NCBI GenBank assembly: GCA_951406725.2
Contig: OX597819.1
Coordinates: 65,038,001-65,102,000, forward strand
Direction of reading: 5' to 3'
From: Octopus vulgaris
Lineage: Eukaryota
DNA length: 64,000 nucleotides
Under the pieces are notes generated by a model. That model worked only from the letters and a program-made list of their open reading frames with translations. It searched no databases and was not told where the DNA came from. Within the stretch, counting starts at the first letter, position 1. Each line of letters starts with the position of its first letter. Shown in pieces: positions 1-14,370 of the stretch. The translations under genes were made by a program, and so were the position numbers.

Positions 1-160
1 TAGAATCGTTGAGCAATCGAGCTTAGCAGCATTTTGTTCGACTTTACCTTACATCCTTTCAAGATCGTTAAATTCTGTACCAGTTGAATATTGGAGTCGA
101 TGTAATAGATGTAACCCTTTTCAGAAACTACTGGTCTTACGCCAAAGTTTGAAATCAATA
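1..160 (+). mobile_element. tRNA-derived SINE family B, degraded partial copy
   Basis: Blocks 'agaatcgtt..gcttagc..gactttaccttacatccttt..gtaccagttga..gtcgatgtaat' align to the intact copy at 63036-63267. Confidence 0.6.
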
Positions 161-1656
161 TTAAGAGATCTGGGTGTTTGTGCTTATTAAAAAATGAAGC
201 TAGATTTAGGACAAACTATTATGGTTTATTAGAGTCACAACAGTTGTGATGTCTACCTTATAATATATCTGTATATCTCAGTATGAATTACAAACCTGTT
301 ACGTAACCGTATACATATATACACACACACACACGCACACACATATATATATATATATGCATAGACACACACACATTCACACACATATATATATATTCTA
401 TTGTGTCTGTGGAGAGTCATTTTTTTAGTGCCTCGTAATTTAACACACTCACCGTTGCAAGCCAAATCCAAAAACGAAATATATAAATATCTACCTATAT
501 ATATATATATATATTCATATCCGTTCATATAAATTAACTCGATGCAACTGAAGTTAATATGTCTCCCTGTGGAGATCAAAATAAGATCGAGACAAGCCCG
601 CTGCTCTCAGCAGATGGTATTAAAACTAAATAAGTCGCGATCCTGATGGCATTGGTTTTATATTCCGAGAGATTTATCGGAATTACGTGTTGATTGTTTG
701 AAGATCTTTGAAAATTCTTACATAGATTTTTATTTTCTAATTAGAAGTGTAGTGAATGTGCAATCACACACACAAGTTCATACATGAACGCTTGTACATA
801 CATAGACATGCGCACGCGCACATATACAAACACACACACACACATGCACACAAAAACGTACATGCATACATATACATTCATATACATATACATATACATA
901 TTATGCATGTTCAAACATGCATATGACTGTGTTTATGTGTGTGTGTGTGCATGCTTTGCAGAGATTGTGTTTGTAACGCATAATTATGTTCGTTTAAAAG
1001 TTTGCACGCATTTGTGCTTCTCTGCATGCGCTTCGCATGGCATCTAATATGGCTTCCTAGGCAAATAAAATCGAATGTATGAATTGTATATTATTATTAT
1101 ATTCTTTATTATATTTTATTCATGTTTGAAAAAATATAAATAATACTATAATTGATCACAAAATAACAAAAAGTTAACTTTAATATAAATCAAGTGATGG
1201 TCTCTATGCTGAATCATGAAAAATTAATGTAAGGCGAAAGAAACAGTCAGCAAGCAGGTAGACAGGTGTATATTGATTTAACTAACATTGTGTGGGGTAT
1301 GTATACATTGGATGCATTTCAACAACATGTGCAGACATGCAGGGTATTAACATAAAAGCTCAGTGCACATTTTATTGCCGCCATTCATTGCAAATCAATT
1401 GAAACGTGTTGATAAGGGAAACGATAATGAAGAGATGAAACAAAAGCTCGAAAAGAGCGACAGAGTCAGATACGAAGAGAAGGAGAGAGAGAGAGTGGGG
1501 AGAGAACTGGAGGAGAAAGCGTGAGTAAATTATAAAAGAGTGGAATATAAATACATACATACATACAGAAACAAACTTATATGTCTATGTATATATAAGT
1601 GTGTGTGAGAGTGTGTATGTGTAAGCACGAACACACATACATACACAGAGAGTGAA

Positions 1657-1714
<58 letters not shown>

Positions 1715-1781
1715 ATATACCTTAGTCTGTCTGCTTCACTCTCTATTTCACAAACACACACACATACTCTCTCTCTCTCTC

Positions 1782-1833
<52 letters not shown>

Positions 1834-1876
1834 CATATATATGCATACATACTTAGGCATATATATATATATACAT

Positions 1877-1945
<69 letters not shown>

Positions 1946-2627
1946 TGCATCGTATGAAAGAGAAAATCAGATATAGAAAAGGGAGAAGAAATAAAAGAGT
2001 AGGTTGTAAGAGGAGAAAGAAAAAAAGAAAGACGAAACGAAATCAGAGTTTAGTAATACAATCAATTAAATGTGTGTTAGATTCTTGTTTTGTATAATAC
2101 AAGGTAGGTTGTTGTGGTTGTAATTGTTTGTTTAAATTGTTTTGTTTCTCATCTTCAAACGAAAGTTTTATTTGTTTTTCTTGCTATCATAACATACTAT
2201 TGTTCTGCGGTGTTGTACTGTAGCTGAGTTGGCTTTTTTTCATAATCACACTAAGTTACTGTTTTACTGGTTTGTTTAGATTCAAAATAGACGACGGTGT
2301 TACTGGCGGAGAGGAATCTCGTGAAGAAATATAGAAGGTTGGAAACAAACGGGTTTTTGTTTGTTTATTGTGATAGCTTTTAGAAATTATTAAGAGTATA
2401 TTTAGTGTTACTTTTTTTTTTTTTTTGGTTTCGTGTCTTATTGTTTTGCAATTCTTTTCTTTCCTTTGTGTGTGTGTGTGTGTTTTCACTTTTAAAGACG
2501 TCCATTAGTATTTTTGCTTATTTATGTGCGTTATAGTGAAACGAAATTTCTAATATAATTCTTTGAGAATCGTAGAGCATCAGATAAAATATCTTGCCGT
2601 GTATTCGTTGGCTCTCTAACATCATAC

Positions 2628-2744
2628 CTTGGTCGATGCCAATCATTAATCATTCCACAGGCCATAAAACGAGCACCACACATATTTTGTGGACAAAATC
2701 GGCTGTTCCTCTCCGCACAGCATTCCTCGTAAACATTTGACCTC
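2628..2744 (-). CDS. Candidate internal coding exon (117 bp) of an unidentified gene, Cys-rich
   Basis: Minus strand: acceptor tgtattag|G, donor CCAAG|gtatga; open frame [38 protein letters not shown]. No homology recognised. Confidence 0.2.
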
Positions 2745-2878
2745 CTAATACATGTAGAAGGCATTGCATTATATATATATACATATACATATACATATAC
2801 ATACACGCATATGCGAGATGCTGTTGAACAGTCCTTTTGGGAAAAGAGAATACACACACACATACACACATATATATG

Positions 2879-2949
<71 letters not shown>

Positions 2950-3094
2950 GTATATGTATATATATATGTGTATATGTATATATACATAAATACAGCCACA
3001 GCAAGAGATGTATTAGGACATGAAATGTAAAAGCCGGACTAGATTATTTTTATGCGCAACTCCAAAGTCTCCCGAGACAAAAAAGATGGCAACA

Positions 3095-3300
3095 ATATAT
3101 AGTTAATCCAAACATGAACAAAGAGAAAACGCAACAACGCGTGGACGTGTAACAAGTATAGTGCTATTAGACGCTCGGGAAATGAAAGAAAGAAGGATAA
3201 TTTAACGTTTCGAGCGGAGCTTTTCTTCAGAAACATAGCAAATGGAAAGGTCCAAAGAAGGGAAGACTAAGAAAGAAATTCACCGCGGTCACGGCGCAGA
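3095..3300 (-). mobile_element. PLE-type terminal-repeat fragment with degenerate hammerhead motif
   Basis: Minus 3233-3201 reads uuu-CUGAAGA-A-AAGC-UCC-GCUC-GAAACGUU-aaa. A related fragment lies at about 58430-58512. Confidence 0.55.
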
Positions 3301-4097
3301 AAACTCCCTTGCTTTAATTGTATCGCGGAAGGGCTAGTTGGAGCTCAATCTTCCGTGTAATTTTACAGGGGTTAGATAAACGGAAGGACCGTAGTAGTTT
3401 GTGTTTGAATTGGAGAATGGAATATGTTAAGTGAAATCATGATTAATTGATTGATTTCAATTAGCACACGTTATTGAGGTTTCCTTCGCATTTTTATGTG
3501 ATTACATTTTAAACGTTCTGAGAAGGAACCTCTGTATCTTAACAGCTTATTAAATTCTATGTCACTTGATTACAGCTTCCTCTTCTCACTTCAAAGCATA
3601 CGTGAAACCCTGCAGTAATTGTATTTCTTTTGTAGAAATCTTCATCGTGTACGAGTGCCTCTGCATACATATGAGATTTGTTTCATCTATAAACATGTCC
3701 AGTACACGTTGTGATGGAGGACCTTTCGTCTAGCCTTTGTCCTATGTAACCCTGAATTACCATACTGAAATTTTCATGTCACATGTTTAGTATTTAGTTT
3801 AGTTCTCCAAAATTCTAGTAGCAGAACGAGGAATCATACATTCTACTCAATTGTTCTGTAAATGTAATCCCCTATGAAAATTCTGTATGAAAGAATAACA
3901 GAGTAATTGCGGTTTAACATTATAACAAAGAACTAAAACTAAATTTATATAGTTTCTTCTTAAATTATACACCACATTCAAGCAGGAAAAGAAATAAATA
4001 AAAATGGAATTAAATACAAAACGAAAGCAAAACAAAATGCATAACAGTTTCTATAATGTTATCAGTTCTCAGCCAAATCCAGGCTTAAAAACAAAAT

Positions 4098-4263
4098 TAT
4101 TTACATTACTTACATTCGACGGATATTTGGCTTCATCTTGTTTTTTGTTAACACAACGTTTCGGTTGATATACCCTCCAGCCTTCATCAGGTATCTTGGG
4201 GAAATATCGAACTTGGGTTCTCATTCCTAACGGATTTTTCAATATAATAATAATAATAATAAT

Positions 4264-4296
<33 letters not shown>

Positions 4297-4298
4297 TA

Positions 4299-4395
<97 letters not shown>

Positions 4396-4575
4396 TCACT
4401 GCCAGTAATCAAACTCGGAATCTTGAGGTTAGTAGCCCGCGCTCTTAAGCACTACGCCATATGCCCGTGGGTATATCAGCCGAAACGTTGTATTAACAAC
4501 AAACAAGATGAGTAAAAATACCAATCAAATGTAAATAATGTAGATAATTCCTCATTTCTTAAATATAGAGTTGTA
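4098..4575 (-). mobile_element. Non-autonomous Penelope-like element: tRNA-like head + (AAT)n + hammerhead, with inverted terminal segment
   Basis: Minus strand order: tRNA-like head 4471-4392, microsatellite 4391-4245, body with hammerhead 4195-4150. 4471-4545 is an inverted copy of about 4100-4173. Homologous copies at 9775/11200, 17319 and 37880. Confidence 0.8.
4150..4195 (-). ncRNA. Minimal type-I hammerhead ribozyme motif (PLE-type)
   Basis: GAUAC-CUGAUGA-A-GGCUG-(10 nt)-CAACC-GAAA-CG-UU-GUGUU. Intact CUGAUGA/GAAA/UH core, 5-bp stem I, palindromic ACGU stem III. Stem II has one mismatch here; the inverted arm has the pairing CAGCC. Confidence 0.7.
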
Positions 4576-4754
4576 AAATCAAACTTTTATGAAACATTGA
4601 GCGTTACCACGGGGATATGATATGAATCCGAATGCCCGCCTTTTGTACATGCAGGAAATAAAAATAGTGAATTATATTATGAATAATGGCAATAGTTTAT
4701 ACAAATTCAGGAAATATTGATTGGAAAATATGACTCAAAGTCAGAAACTTCATG

Positions 4755-4935
4755 AGTTGGGGGTGAGATAATCGTTGACATCTATTCCAGTACTCTATTG
4801 GTACTTATTTTGTCGATTCCCAAACGATGAAAGACAAAGACGATTTGATGGCATTTGAACTTAGAGAGTAAAGAGGACGAAATGGCGCTTATCGTATTGC
4901 TCAGCGTGCTAACGAGGCAGCCGGCTTGCTGCCGA
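4755..4935 (-). mobile_element. SINE family B, degraded
   Basis: Reverse complement matches 63036-63170 (gatgaaagacaaagacga..tttgaactt..cgaaat..gtgctaacg). Confidence 0.65.
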
Positions 4936-6141
4936 AAATTTAGGAAATATTTGATCGTCTATCGTAGGCGTTTTATTAGTCACTCTTTACCAAGTGAAAA
5001 GGAGATGTCATCCGTATAGACACGACATCGAAAATATACTTCATAATAATAGAAATTTTATCTATACCATTTATAAAAATGTATATCCAACATCTTCCAC
5101 AAATCAATATCTGATGTAACCGCCGGCAAGCCAAACTGAAAAACAGGACAAAAAACAAAACAAGAACAAAAAAATCACACATTTAGTTACGTTGCGCAAT
5201 ACTTCAATAATGCACTGATTATATGTTGTCTTCAATAAAAACTCAAATAAGGATGTATTCTGGTTCACTCTATACAGTATTAGGAAAGTAGTGTCAGAAA
5301 AAGCAGGAAAATTTCTAACGTTGATAAAAAGACCATTTTCTAAACAATCAAAGGTTAAACTCAAGTTATTCGACAATAAATAAAGAAGTAAAGAAATAAA
5401 TGGAATAACGCCAGTGATAACATCGAACAGTTCAGAATCCAAAGAAATAGAAGTACAGACAAAACTAAATACAGATTAAATCAAGCTACTGAATACAACG
5501 GTGGAAAGGGCACTTCCTGTCCACTGAATAGCATGTGACTAATACATTAGTTACATGCAGTTAATGTAATAGTGTATCGATCCAAGGTATCAGCATTAAT
5601 AGCAATGAGAAGAACGGTATTGGTATCGTAGTAAATATATTCAGAGCACGTACACCACTCAGAGTACTCACTATTCAGATTCTGTTACAAAATATATTAC
5701 ATTAGACTGTCCCTGCGTATGTCATACATTAAGTGTCTGAAGGAAAAGGGAATCATTTACTTCGTGAACAGACGAAATGCAAATAGAAAATGGCGAAATA
5801 CACATACAGACAATAATAAATAAATGTATGTATAAATATGTATATGCTGTATACATTCATACACACAGACATACACACATACACACATATAAAACAGACG
5901 TGTGTTCCAACCGTTTCATAATTAATGACATGACATCATAAATTCTACTGAAAAGCAGGTTACATGTCAACAGATGTGTGTAAATGACTATATTTTATGT
6001 TAGGATTTGTCGAACTATTCAAGGACGTTGAAAGAATAACTGTTGCAACACAAAACGATTTATCTTGCTTTATTGAATCTAATTGCACAATACAAAACGC
6101 GAATACTATATATGTGACACATAAAGTCCATTTATATATAC

Positions 6142-6264
<123 letters not shown>

Positions 6265-7123
6265 GAGAGAGAGAGAGAGAGACATACACATATGAATGTA
6301 TCTGTTTTCCAAAATTCTACTGTACAAAATTCGCACATACATATTAAAGACAATAATATATAATAATTACATGACAAGGGTACAGTGTAATATACAAATC
6401 CATATAAATGCACATGGACCACACATAATAAATACTTGGACACACATACACAGAGATAAACACTGCAGAAAGACACAATGGAATAGGCAGGGCAAGATGT
6501 GTAACAGGGGACGGAGAGCCGTTGAATAGATGACAAAAATGTATGAGGAAAGAACTTTTACGGGTAAGTAAAAAAAAAAAACGAAAGATAGTACTACAAA
6601 AGAAAAAAAGTATAAATATATATATATATGTGTGTGTATGTGTGTGTGTATACACTTCATACATGCTTGCATATATGTGTGTGTATGTATGTATGCACTT
6701 ATGTGTTCATTTGCGGAACTATCAATCGCAACATGAGCCTCCTTTGAGATTCTCAAATCCTTATGCTCTTCGCATTTGTATTATAACGTTATCATCTATG
6801 TTGGCAAATGCGTTAATGGTCTAGGTATCACACTCCATTCTTCACACGTTCGTAGCCACCCACACTGGTAAACTCATACACTTGCTTACCTGCACGTACA
6901 CAAAGCAGGTCTATTCGCCATACACACATATATACAAAACAGATGTACTTACATACATGCATACAAACAAACATACACATATATAAAAGACTTTCTCACT
7001 TCCCGAGCGTTAAACTCATAAATCTGTTGTTTGCACGCCCGTCTTCGTCTTTTGCTTTGCTGTTTTTGTAAATTCCAAATACATACTTATATACATACAT
7101 ACATACATACATACATACATACA

Positions 7124-7159
<36 letters not shown>

Positions 7160-7872
7160 TATATACATATGCATGCACACAGAAATAGGCATACATATAT
7201 AGGAGCACACGGTCGCACACACAAACATATGTATAGTTCTAGCATTTGCGAAGGCGCCGCTTAATCCAGTATGACCAAGATTTCCAATGGTGCTTTATTT
7301 AATATGCCTATTATACATCGTAGCGTTAAAATTATGCCAATGACAACGATGAGCTTTATGACATTTTATTATCTCCTTTACATACAATTAAATTTATTTA
7401 CTAATGAATGAATTTCACACTTTTTTATATATCTGATGTTATGAACATCCGGATGAGCATAGGCGGTGATGATTCTCTGACTTGAAAAAAAAAAAGCACA
7501 CCCTGTCCAAATCTGATTGCTTCTCTGTTAGCAATCAGGCAATCTTTTCTTCATGGCATGTTATTTTGTGAGAATTATTAGTGCTTATAAAAATGACCCT
7601 TTTGTTCTGGACTTGAACTTAAATATTTTCAAATGACTGGAAATGAAGTTTATATGACTAAATGAATTCATGCTGTATGACACTTGATATGCGCTTATTT
7701 GTCTTCTTTATTCAAATACCAGATATGACTAAATCTGTATTATTTTGTTTGGATAATTTTGTCTTCGTTTCATACATGCATTTCCTCAATTTTTCATGTT
7801 CACTGCAGTGTTACATGTGGGTGTGGGTGTACTATACACACATATTCACACAGGAATATATATATACATATA

Positions 7873-7949
<77 letters not shown>

Positions 7950-8518
7950 ATATTCATATTTACGTACATATATGACGATATAAGCACACATCAACTTCTA
8001 CAAACAACATACACACACATTAAATTCTGTCATCCCATTCACTCACATACATTCGTTAGACTCACTCATCCCCATTCACACATACACACGCACTCACACC
8101 ATTTTCCCATACATATACACGGACAACTGCGCATCTTATTTCGCTGGAATCACCATTGCCTTATAGTTATTATTCTTATCATCTCCATTTCATTCATCGT
8201 CGTTTTTCCGCTCCATGTTCGATCGCTGAATTCTGCAGATTTGTCTCTCTCTTCCTTTATTTGATTCTCTCTTTGATTTGCTCTTTAACTCTTCCTTTTT
8301 CTCCTCTTCATTCTTTCAGATGAAGAGCGTAGGCTTGAACAGTAAAATATTTTTCCATTTTTCTCCCGAACGTTAAAATTATACACCTACTTCTGTTTCC
8401 TACAATTCTCTTCGTCTTATATTTTCTGTAAATTTGAACTATATATATATAAATATATATATATATACATACATACATATATATTGTCTGGGTGTCTTTA
8501 TAAATATATATATGTGTG

Positions 8519-8898
<380 letters not shown>

Positions 8899-9925
8899 TA
8901 TAGATATCGATACACGTACACAAATATGAGAGAATGATATCTTTTGGTAGAGAATTGATGAGGAATGAGCACCATCTTTTCCTGTTTGTGAATTTTAACT
9001 CTGTTGCTTTGGTTTATTCCTGTTCAAACTTTGAAGCTTATTATTTAATGTACTGCCACACTGTTTTTATTAATTTTTTTTCACCTAATTCAGTCCCATA
9101 TGCATTTACATTGATGCATGTGATCGTTTGCTTCAGCCACACGATTGGATTATACCTTGAATAAAACTGCATGGGAATGGTAAATTCGGATGTTTATGAA
9201 TTGCAATGGATTTGATACAAATCATCTAAATGCTACACAAAGGAACACTACAGCACTTATTCCAGCTAATATCCCTGTCGGATTGGAATTTATTGGACAA
9301 AAATACATTAATAAATAAATTTTGAAGATATAAATTTCTCCATTCATTATTATGATGAGACTTCGTATACTACATGAAATCCACTGAAGCAAACTCAACA
9401 TTTACGTATCGATAAAGATTCAGCTTAATTGCTTAATTTAAACGATTATGAATTTTTTTCTTTCATTCTACGTGGTTGGCTGGATCCGGATTGTATCACA
9501 TAGCTTACCAGGTATATGCACGGATTTCAAATCACTTTATGTTTATACGTATGTATGTATGTATGTATGTATGTATGTATGTATGTATGTATCTATGTAT
9601 GTATGTATGTATGTATGTATGTATTTATGTATGTATGTATGTATGTATGTATGTATGTATGGATGGATGGATGGATGTATGTTTGTCATCATTTAGTGCC
9701 ATTTCTGATAGGTAAAGAATCAGTTTCTAGTCGAGATCCAGGGCTCTTTCAATGGAATTTCAACAACACCAACGGACGGATATTTGTCTTCAACTTGCGT
9801 TTTTGTTGACACAAAGTTTCGGTTGATATACACTCCAGCCTTCATTGGGTATCTTGCGGAAATTTCGAAGCCGGGTTCTCATTCCTAAGGTATCTTTCGA
9901 CGTTATTATAATTATTATTATTATA

Positions 9926-9992
<67 letters not shown>

Positions 9993-9995
<3 letters not shown>

Positions 9996-10636
9996 GATAA
10001 ACTTAGATATGTTTCGACCAAAGATTGGTCCAGGCCATGTCTAACTTAATAGCACCACCTGATAGAATTATTCGAATTCTGTTTAAGTCAAGTTTTGTTT
10101 ATGGTCCATTCAAGTAGTGAGTTCTTGTTGGCTGAGTTGTATCCAATTATGGGTGGCTTATCTGGTATTCTTTGAAGGAATCTATCCAGACTCCGTTTAA
10201 AGTTGATGGGATCCTTTTCCTCTTTGATCTCCCTCGGGACAATGTTAAATAGGGCAGGGCCTGTTGATGAAAAGAAATTATGTTGCAGTGTACATGTATG
10301 CTGTGACCTGGAATTGGGTAGGGGACGTATGGCCCGTGGTCCCAGTCTTGGATGAACCTTGAAGCTAATGTTAAGGTCGTTTGGGCAAAGTTGGCGGTAT
10401 ATTCTCCACATCGTACAAATGATGTACCGCTCACGGCGACGCTGGAGAGAGTAAAGTTTCAAGGCTTTAAGGCGATCCCAATAATCGAGAGCAGCCATGC
10501 CTTCAATTCGTTTAGTGAGTGCTCTCTGGGGTGACTCAATCCTGGAGATGTTTTGTCTTGTATGGGGAGACCACAGTGGGCAGCAATATTCAAGGTGTGG
10601 CCGTACAAAGGAGGAGAAAAGTGTTATGATGACACA
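9993..10636 (-). mobile_element. CR1-group LINE, 5'-truncated: ORF2 C-terminus + 3' UTR
   Basis: Stop-free frame 10633-10088: VRPHLEYCCPLWSPH..IESPQRALTKRI..LDYWDRLKALKLYSLQRRRERY..FKRSLDRFL, typical of CR1/L2-group ORF2 ends. Confidence 0.85.
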
Positions 10637-10665
10637 TATTATTATTATTATAATTATTATTATTG

Positions 10666-10732
<67 letters not shown>

Positions 10733-10733
<1 letters not shown>

Positions 10734-11093
10734 TATTGCCGTTGCACTGCTTCTAACACCTCTTATTTTTCGACCACCTTCCGGGGTATTCGAGCTGTTC
10801 CAAGCAGCGCTGTTTTCTGCAAGTGCTCCACCTTTATTGCTGCCCCTATTTGTTCCACGTACTTCTCTAGATTTTTGCTCACTGTTCCCATGGTTCTGAC
10901 AATTATTGGTACTACTACTACCTTTTTCATCGAGCACAACTGCTTCACCTCCCAAGCTAACCTGTCCTATCTCTCGGTTTTCTTTCTTCCTTATCGCATA
11001 CCTTGTTGTCAGCTGAGCATGCCATCTCTATGATCCAGCATAGTTTGTTCTCTTTCTCAATTAAGACCGGCTTCTCATGGTCAGACTGACTCA
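10733..11093 (-). mobile_element. Dong/R4-clade non-LTR retrotransposon 3' end (restriction-like endonuclease region)
   Basis: KPVLIEKENKLCWIIEMACSADNKVCDKE and VVPIIVRTMGTVSKNL..LQKTALLGTARIPRKV (frameshifted); (TAA)n on both sides. Confidence 0.85.
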
Positions 11094-11114
11094 TATTATT
11101 ATTATTATTATTCA

Positions 11115-11184
<70 letters not shown>

Positions 11185-11640
11185 GTTGTTATTGTTGTTC
11201 ATGTCACTGACTGGAATCCAACTCGGAATCTTGGGATTAGTAGTCCTCATCTCTTAAATATAAAGTAATTTTGTGCGTGTGTATACGTGCAGATTCCTAT
11301 GTTTTGTTTTACATCTATCTTCTCATGCTTATAGCTACATATCTACACATACTCATATATACTTAAATGATAAACATCTCGAGAGTTTTACAGACGTTTA
11401 CAGTTCCATTGATGGATCCGATCGGTAGTTTCCGAATAAACTTTTTCTTTTCTGGTTTTGGGAGGACTAATTTTCTACAGTTTAGTATTTAGGCAGTGTC
11501 TAACGTATGCCAGGTCCCGAATTATTTCAGGTATAAACCTAAACTTGTAATAACTGAAAAACTGAAAATTTCTCAATAATCCAGCGTAGGTACTCCCATT
11601 TTCACTGATCTTCAGCTTTATGTACGTATGTATATATGTA

Positions 11641-11736
<96 letters not shown>

Positions 11737-11737
<1 letters not shown>

Positions 11738-11897
11738 GTAGGAGTGACTGTGTGGTACGTAGCTTGCTTACCGACCACATGGCTCCGGGTTCAGTCTCAC
11801 TGCGTGGCACCTTGGGCAAGTGTCTTCTACTATATCCTCGGGCCGACCAAAGCCTAGTGAGTGACTTTGGTGGACGGAAACTGAAAGAAGCCCGTCG

Positions 11898-11976
<79 letters not shown>

Positions 11977-12175
11977 GTATGTATGATTGTGTGTCTGTGT
12001 TTGGCTCTCCAACATCGCTTGATAACCGATGCTGGTGTGTTCACGTCCCCGTAACTTAGCGGTTCGGCAAAAGTACTAGGCTTACAAAGAATAAGTGCTG
12101 GGATCGATTTGCTCGACTAAAAGCCGTGCTCCAGCGTGGCCACTGTCAAATGACTGAAACAAGTAAAAAAATAGA
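11737..12175 (+). mobile_element. SINE family A (tRNA head, internal (TA)n), full length
   Basis: Head gtgactgtgtggtacgtagc..gggttcagtc; body ggcaccttgggcaagtgtcttc..gaaagaagcccgtcg(TA)n..cgcttgataaccgatgctgg..aaatgactgaaacaagt. Several paralogs in window. Confidence 0.85.
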
Positions 12176-12690
12176 AAGTGTAAATCGTGTATATATATAT
12201 ATATTATATATATATATATACATATACATATATACACATGCATTCATACATACATTTTTTCATACATACGTTCATATATTCACATATATATATATATATA
12301 TATACATTGATACATAGATACACGCATACCTATATATACATAGATACATATATACATACAATCATACGTACACGCATGCATACTTACAAACATATATATA
12401 CACATACATACAGACAGACAGACAGACATACGCATAAGTATGATGAGTGTTGCTATAGAAAGCATATGTTTAATTCATTAAGATGTCGTCGCTTAATCTT
12501 ATCTTGTTCCATACATCAGTTATCTGATTGAAACAACAAACAGGGCACCATTGAAAGTATAACAGATGTATAATGCAACAGATATAGACATCATTAAGTG
12601 GAAACACACAGACACAGTAAAAATAATAGCATTAACAGTAATAATATTTAATATTATAAACAAAAATAACATTAATAATACCACAAAAAT

Positions 12691-12691
<1 letters not shown>

Positions 12692-12755
<64 letters not shown>

Positions 12756-12795
12756 AAGAAGAAGAAGAAGAAGAAGAAGAAGAAGAAGAAGAAGA
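12692..12795. repeat. Compound (AAT)n-(AAG)n microsatellite
   Basis: Read directly. Confidence 0.95.
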
Positions 12796-13144
12796 AACTG
12801 ATAACGATCAGATGAAACAAGATAATATTAATCATATTTGCTTCTGTGTCCCAGGAGAAGAGTAAATGCAAAGGAAAAAGAGATAAGTATGTTCCAGTAC
12901 TCATACCTAAAGTGCGAAGCCAAGCATATTAATAAGACATAGCAGAAAACTAGATTTTGGTTCAAAACTACACACATGCACACCGGTATATATGTACATA
13001 TGTGTGTACGTATATATTATATATATATATATACACATATATGTGTGTATATGTATGTATATATGTTTATATATGTATGCATGTATATATATTTTTGAGG
13101 GTGTATTAGTGCAGGTGCACGTGCTCACGCGCATGCACACATTC

Positions 13145-13216
<72 letters not shown>

Positions 13217-13349
13217 ATGTATATATATATATATATGTATGAGAGTTAAGATACCCCACAAAATTTCATCGGTTCCTTTGCTCACATTTATTATTTCCAT
13301 ATATACACCAAATGGCTTCTATTTACATGTATTTTTATGTATGTATGTA

Positions 13350-13397
<48 letters not shown>

Positions 13398-14102
13398 CAC
13401 ATTTTAAGTCGATTTTATAACTGTATTTGTATGCATAAAATGGCGATTACCTAATTTGAGTTCATATCTTAACGCTTACTTATTGTCTCGAGTTCGACCC
13501 TTTCACTTCTTAAGCAATTCTATATACACTCTCTTATTCATTTTATATGCGTGTGATATAGGCTCTATCTTGTAAAAACTATTACTTCATTTATTTTGGC
13601 TGGCGAAAAGCTTTAAACGGTCGTTCCACGTTAGCCACCACAGAATGATAAAAACTTGCAAAATATGTTTTTACCTATATATTTCGACATAAACGTTGTA
13701 CATAAGGTTTTATAGAACTTTAAGAGTTGTGTTTTCTTCGTGAATTTTTTTGTCTTAATCAAAAAAAGAAAAAAACATAAAGTATTCAATGAAAGATAAT
13801 TTCAAATAAAACATAAATTTGCTATAACAGTCGATTGAGCTAAACATTTGACTGAGTTTACTGTACGTAGAACACTTTTCCTGGTAATATATTAAAGAAT
13901 ATCCTATCTATATCCTATCCTATATATCCTATCTATATCCTATCTATATATCCTATCTATATATAATAAGACCTGTAATATATTATTCCTCTGGTGAATC
14001 ATGTACTGCTGTAACTACATACCTCTCTGTCTATATATGTGTCACCAAACAGTTACGTAATTACTAATGTTAGAAAGCGGAGAGCCGGTTTGAGACAGAT
14101 TA

Positions 14103-14370
14103 TGGAGGTGCAATGGCCCAGTGGTTAAGGCAGCAAACTCGCGGTCGGAGGATCGCGGTTTCGATTCCCAGACCGGGCGTTGTGTGGCTTATTGAGCGAA
14201 AACACCTAAAGCTCCACGAAGCTCCGGCAGGTGGTGGTGGTGACCCCTATTGTACTCTTTCGTCCCAACTTTCTCTCACTCTCTCTTCCTGTTTCTTGAG
14301 TAACGTTGAGATGGACTGACATCCCGTCCAGCTGAGAGGAACACATACACCACAGAAACCGAGCGCATAA
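14103..14370 (+). mobile_element. tRNA-derived SINE family C
   Basis: A box tggcccagtgg, B box ggtttcgattcc; body shared with 8519 and 45250. Confidence 0.8.

Larger units (their letters stand above)
9775..11262 (-). mobile_element. Copy of the tRNA-head/hammerhead PLE family split by two LINE insertions in its (AAT)n tract
   Basis: Body at 9775-9900 (hammerhead core mutated to CCAAUGA) and head remnant at 11200-11245 match 4098-4471; CR1-type and Dong-type fragments lie between. Confidence 0.75.

Noticed and set aside
1585-1957. Numerous [12 protein letters not shown]/poly-I/N/L/Y ORFs here and throughout the ORF track
   Set aside because: They are translations of (TA)n, (CA)n, (TATG)n and (AAT)n tracts, which are stop-free in most frames.
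2531-2700. Peptide faintly like a nitric oxide synthase N-terminus (CPQNMC..RQDILSDALRFSKNY)
   Set aside because: Only loose spacing similarity, no conserved downstream motif and no other NOS exons seen.
4392-4471. tRNA-like sequence as a real tRNA gene
   Set aside because: Acceptor and T stems do not pair; it recurs as part of a repeat.
5104-5442. 112-aa minus-strand ORF
   Set aside because: T-rich composition explains the hydrophobic bias; no motif or splice support.
6468-6570. Plus-strand AG...GTAAGT exon-like segment
   Set aside because: All three frames contain stops; no support beyond splice-like motifs.
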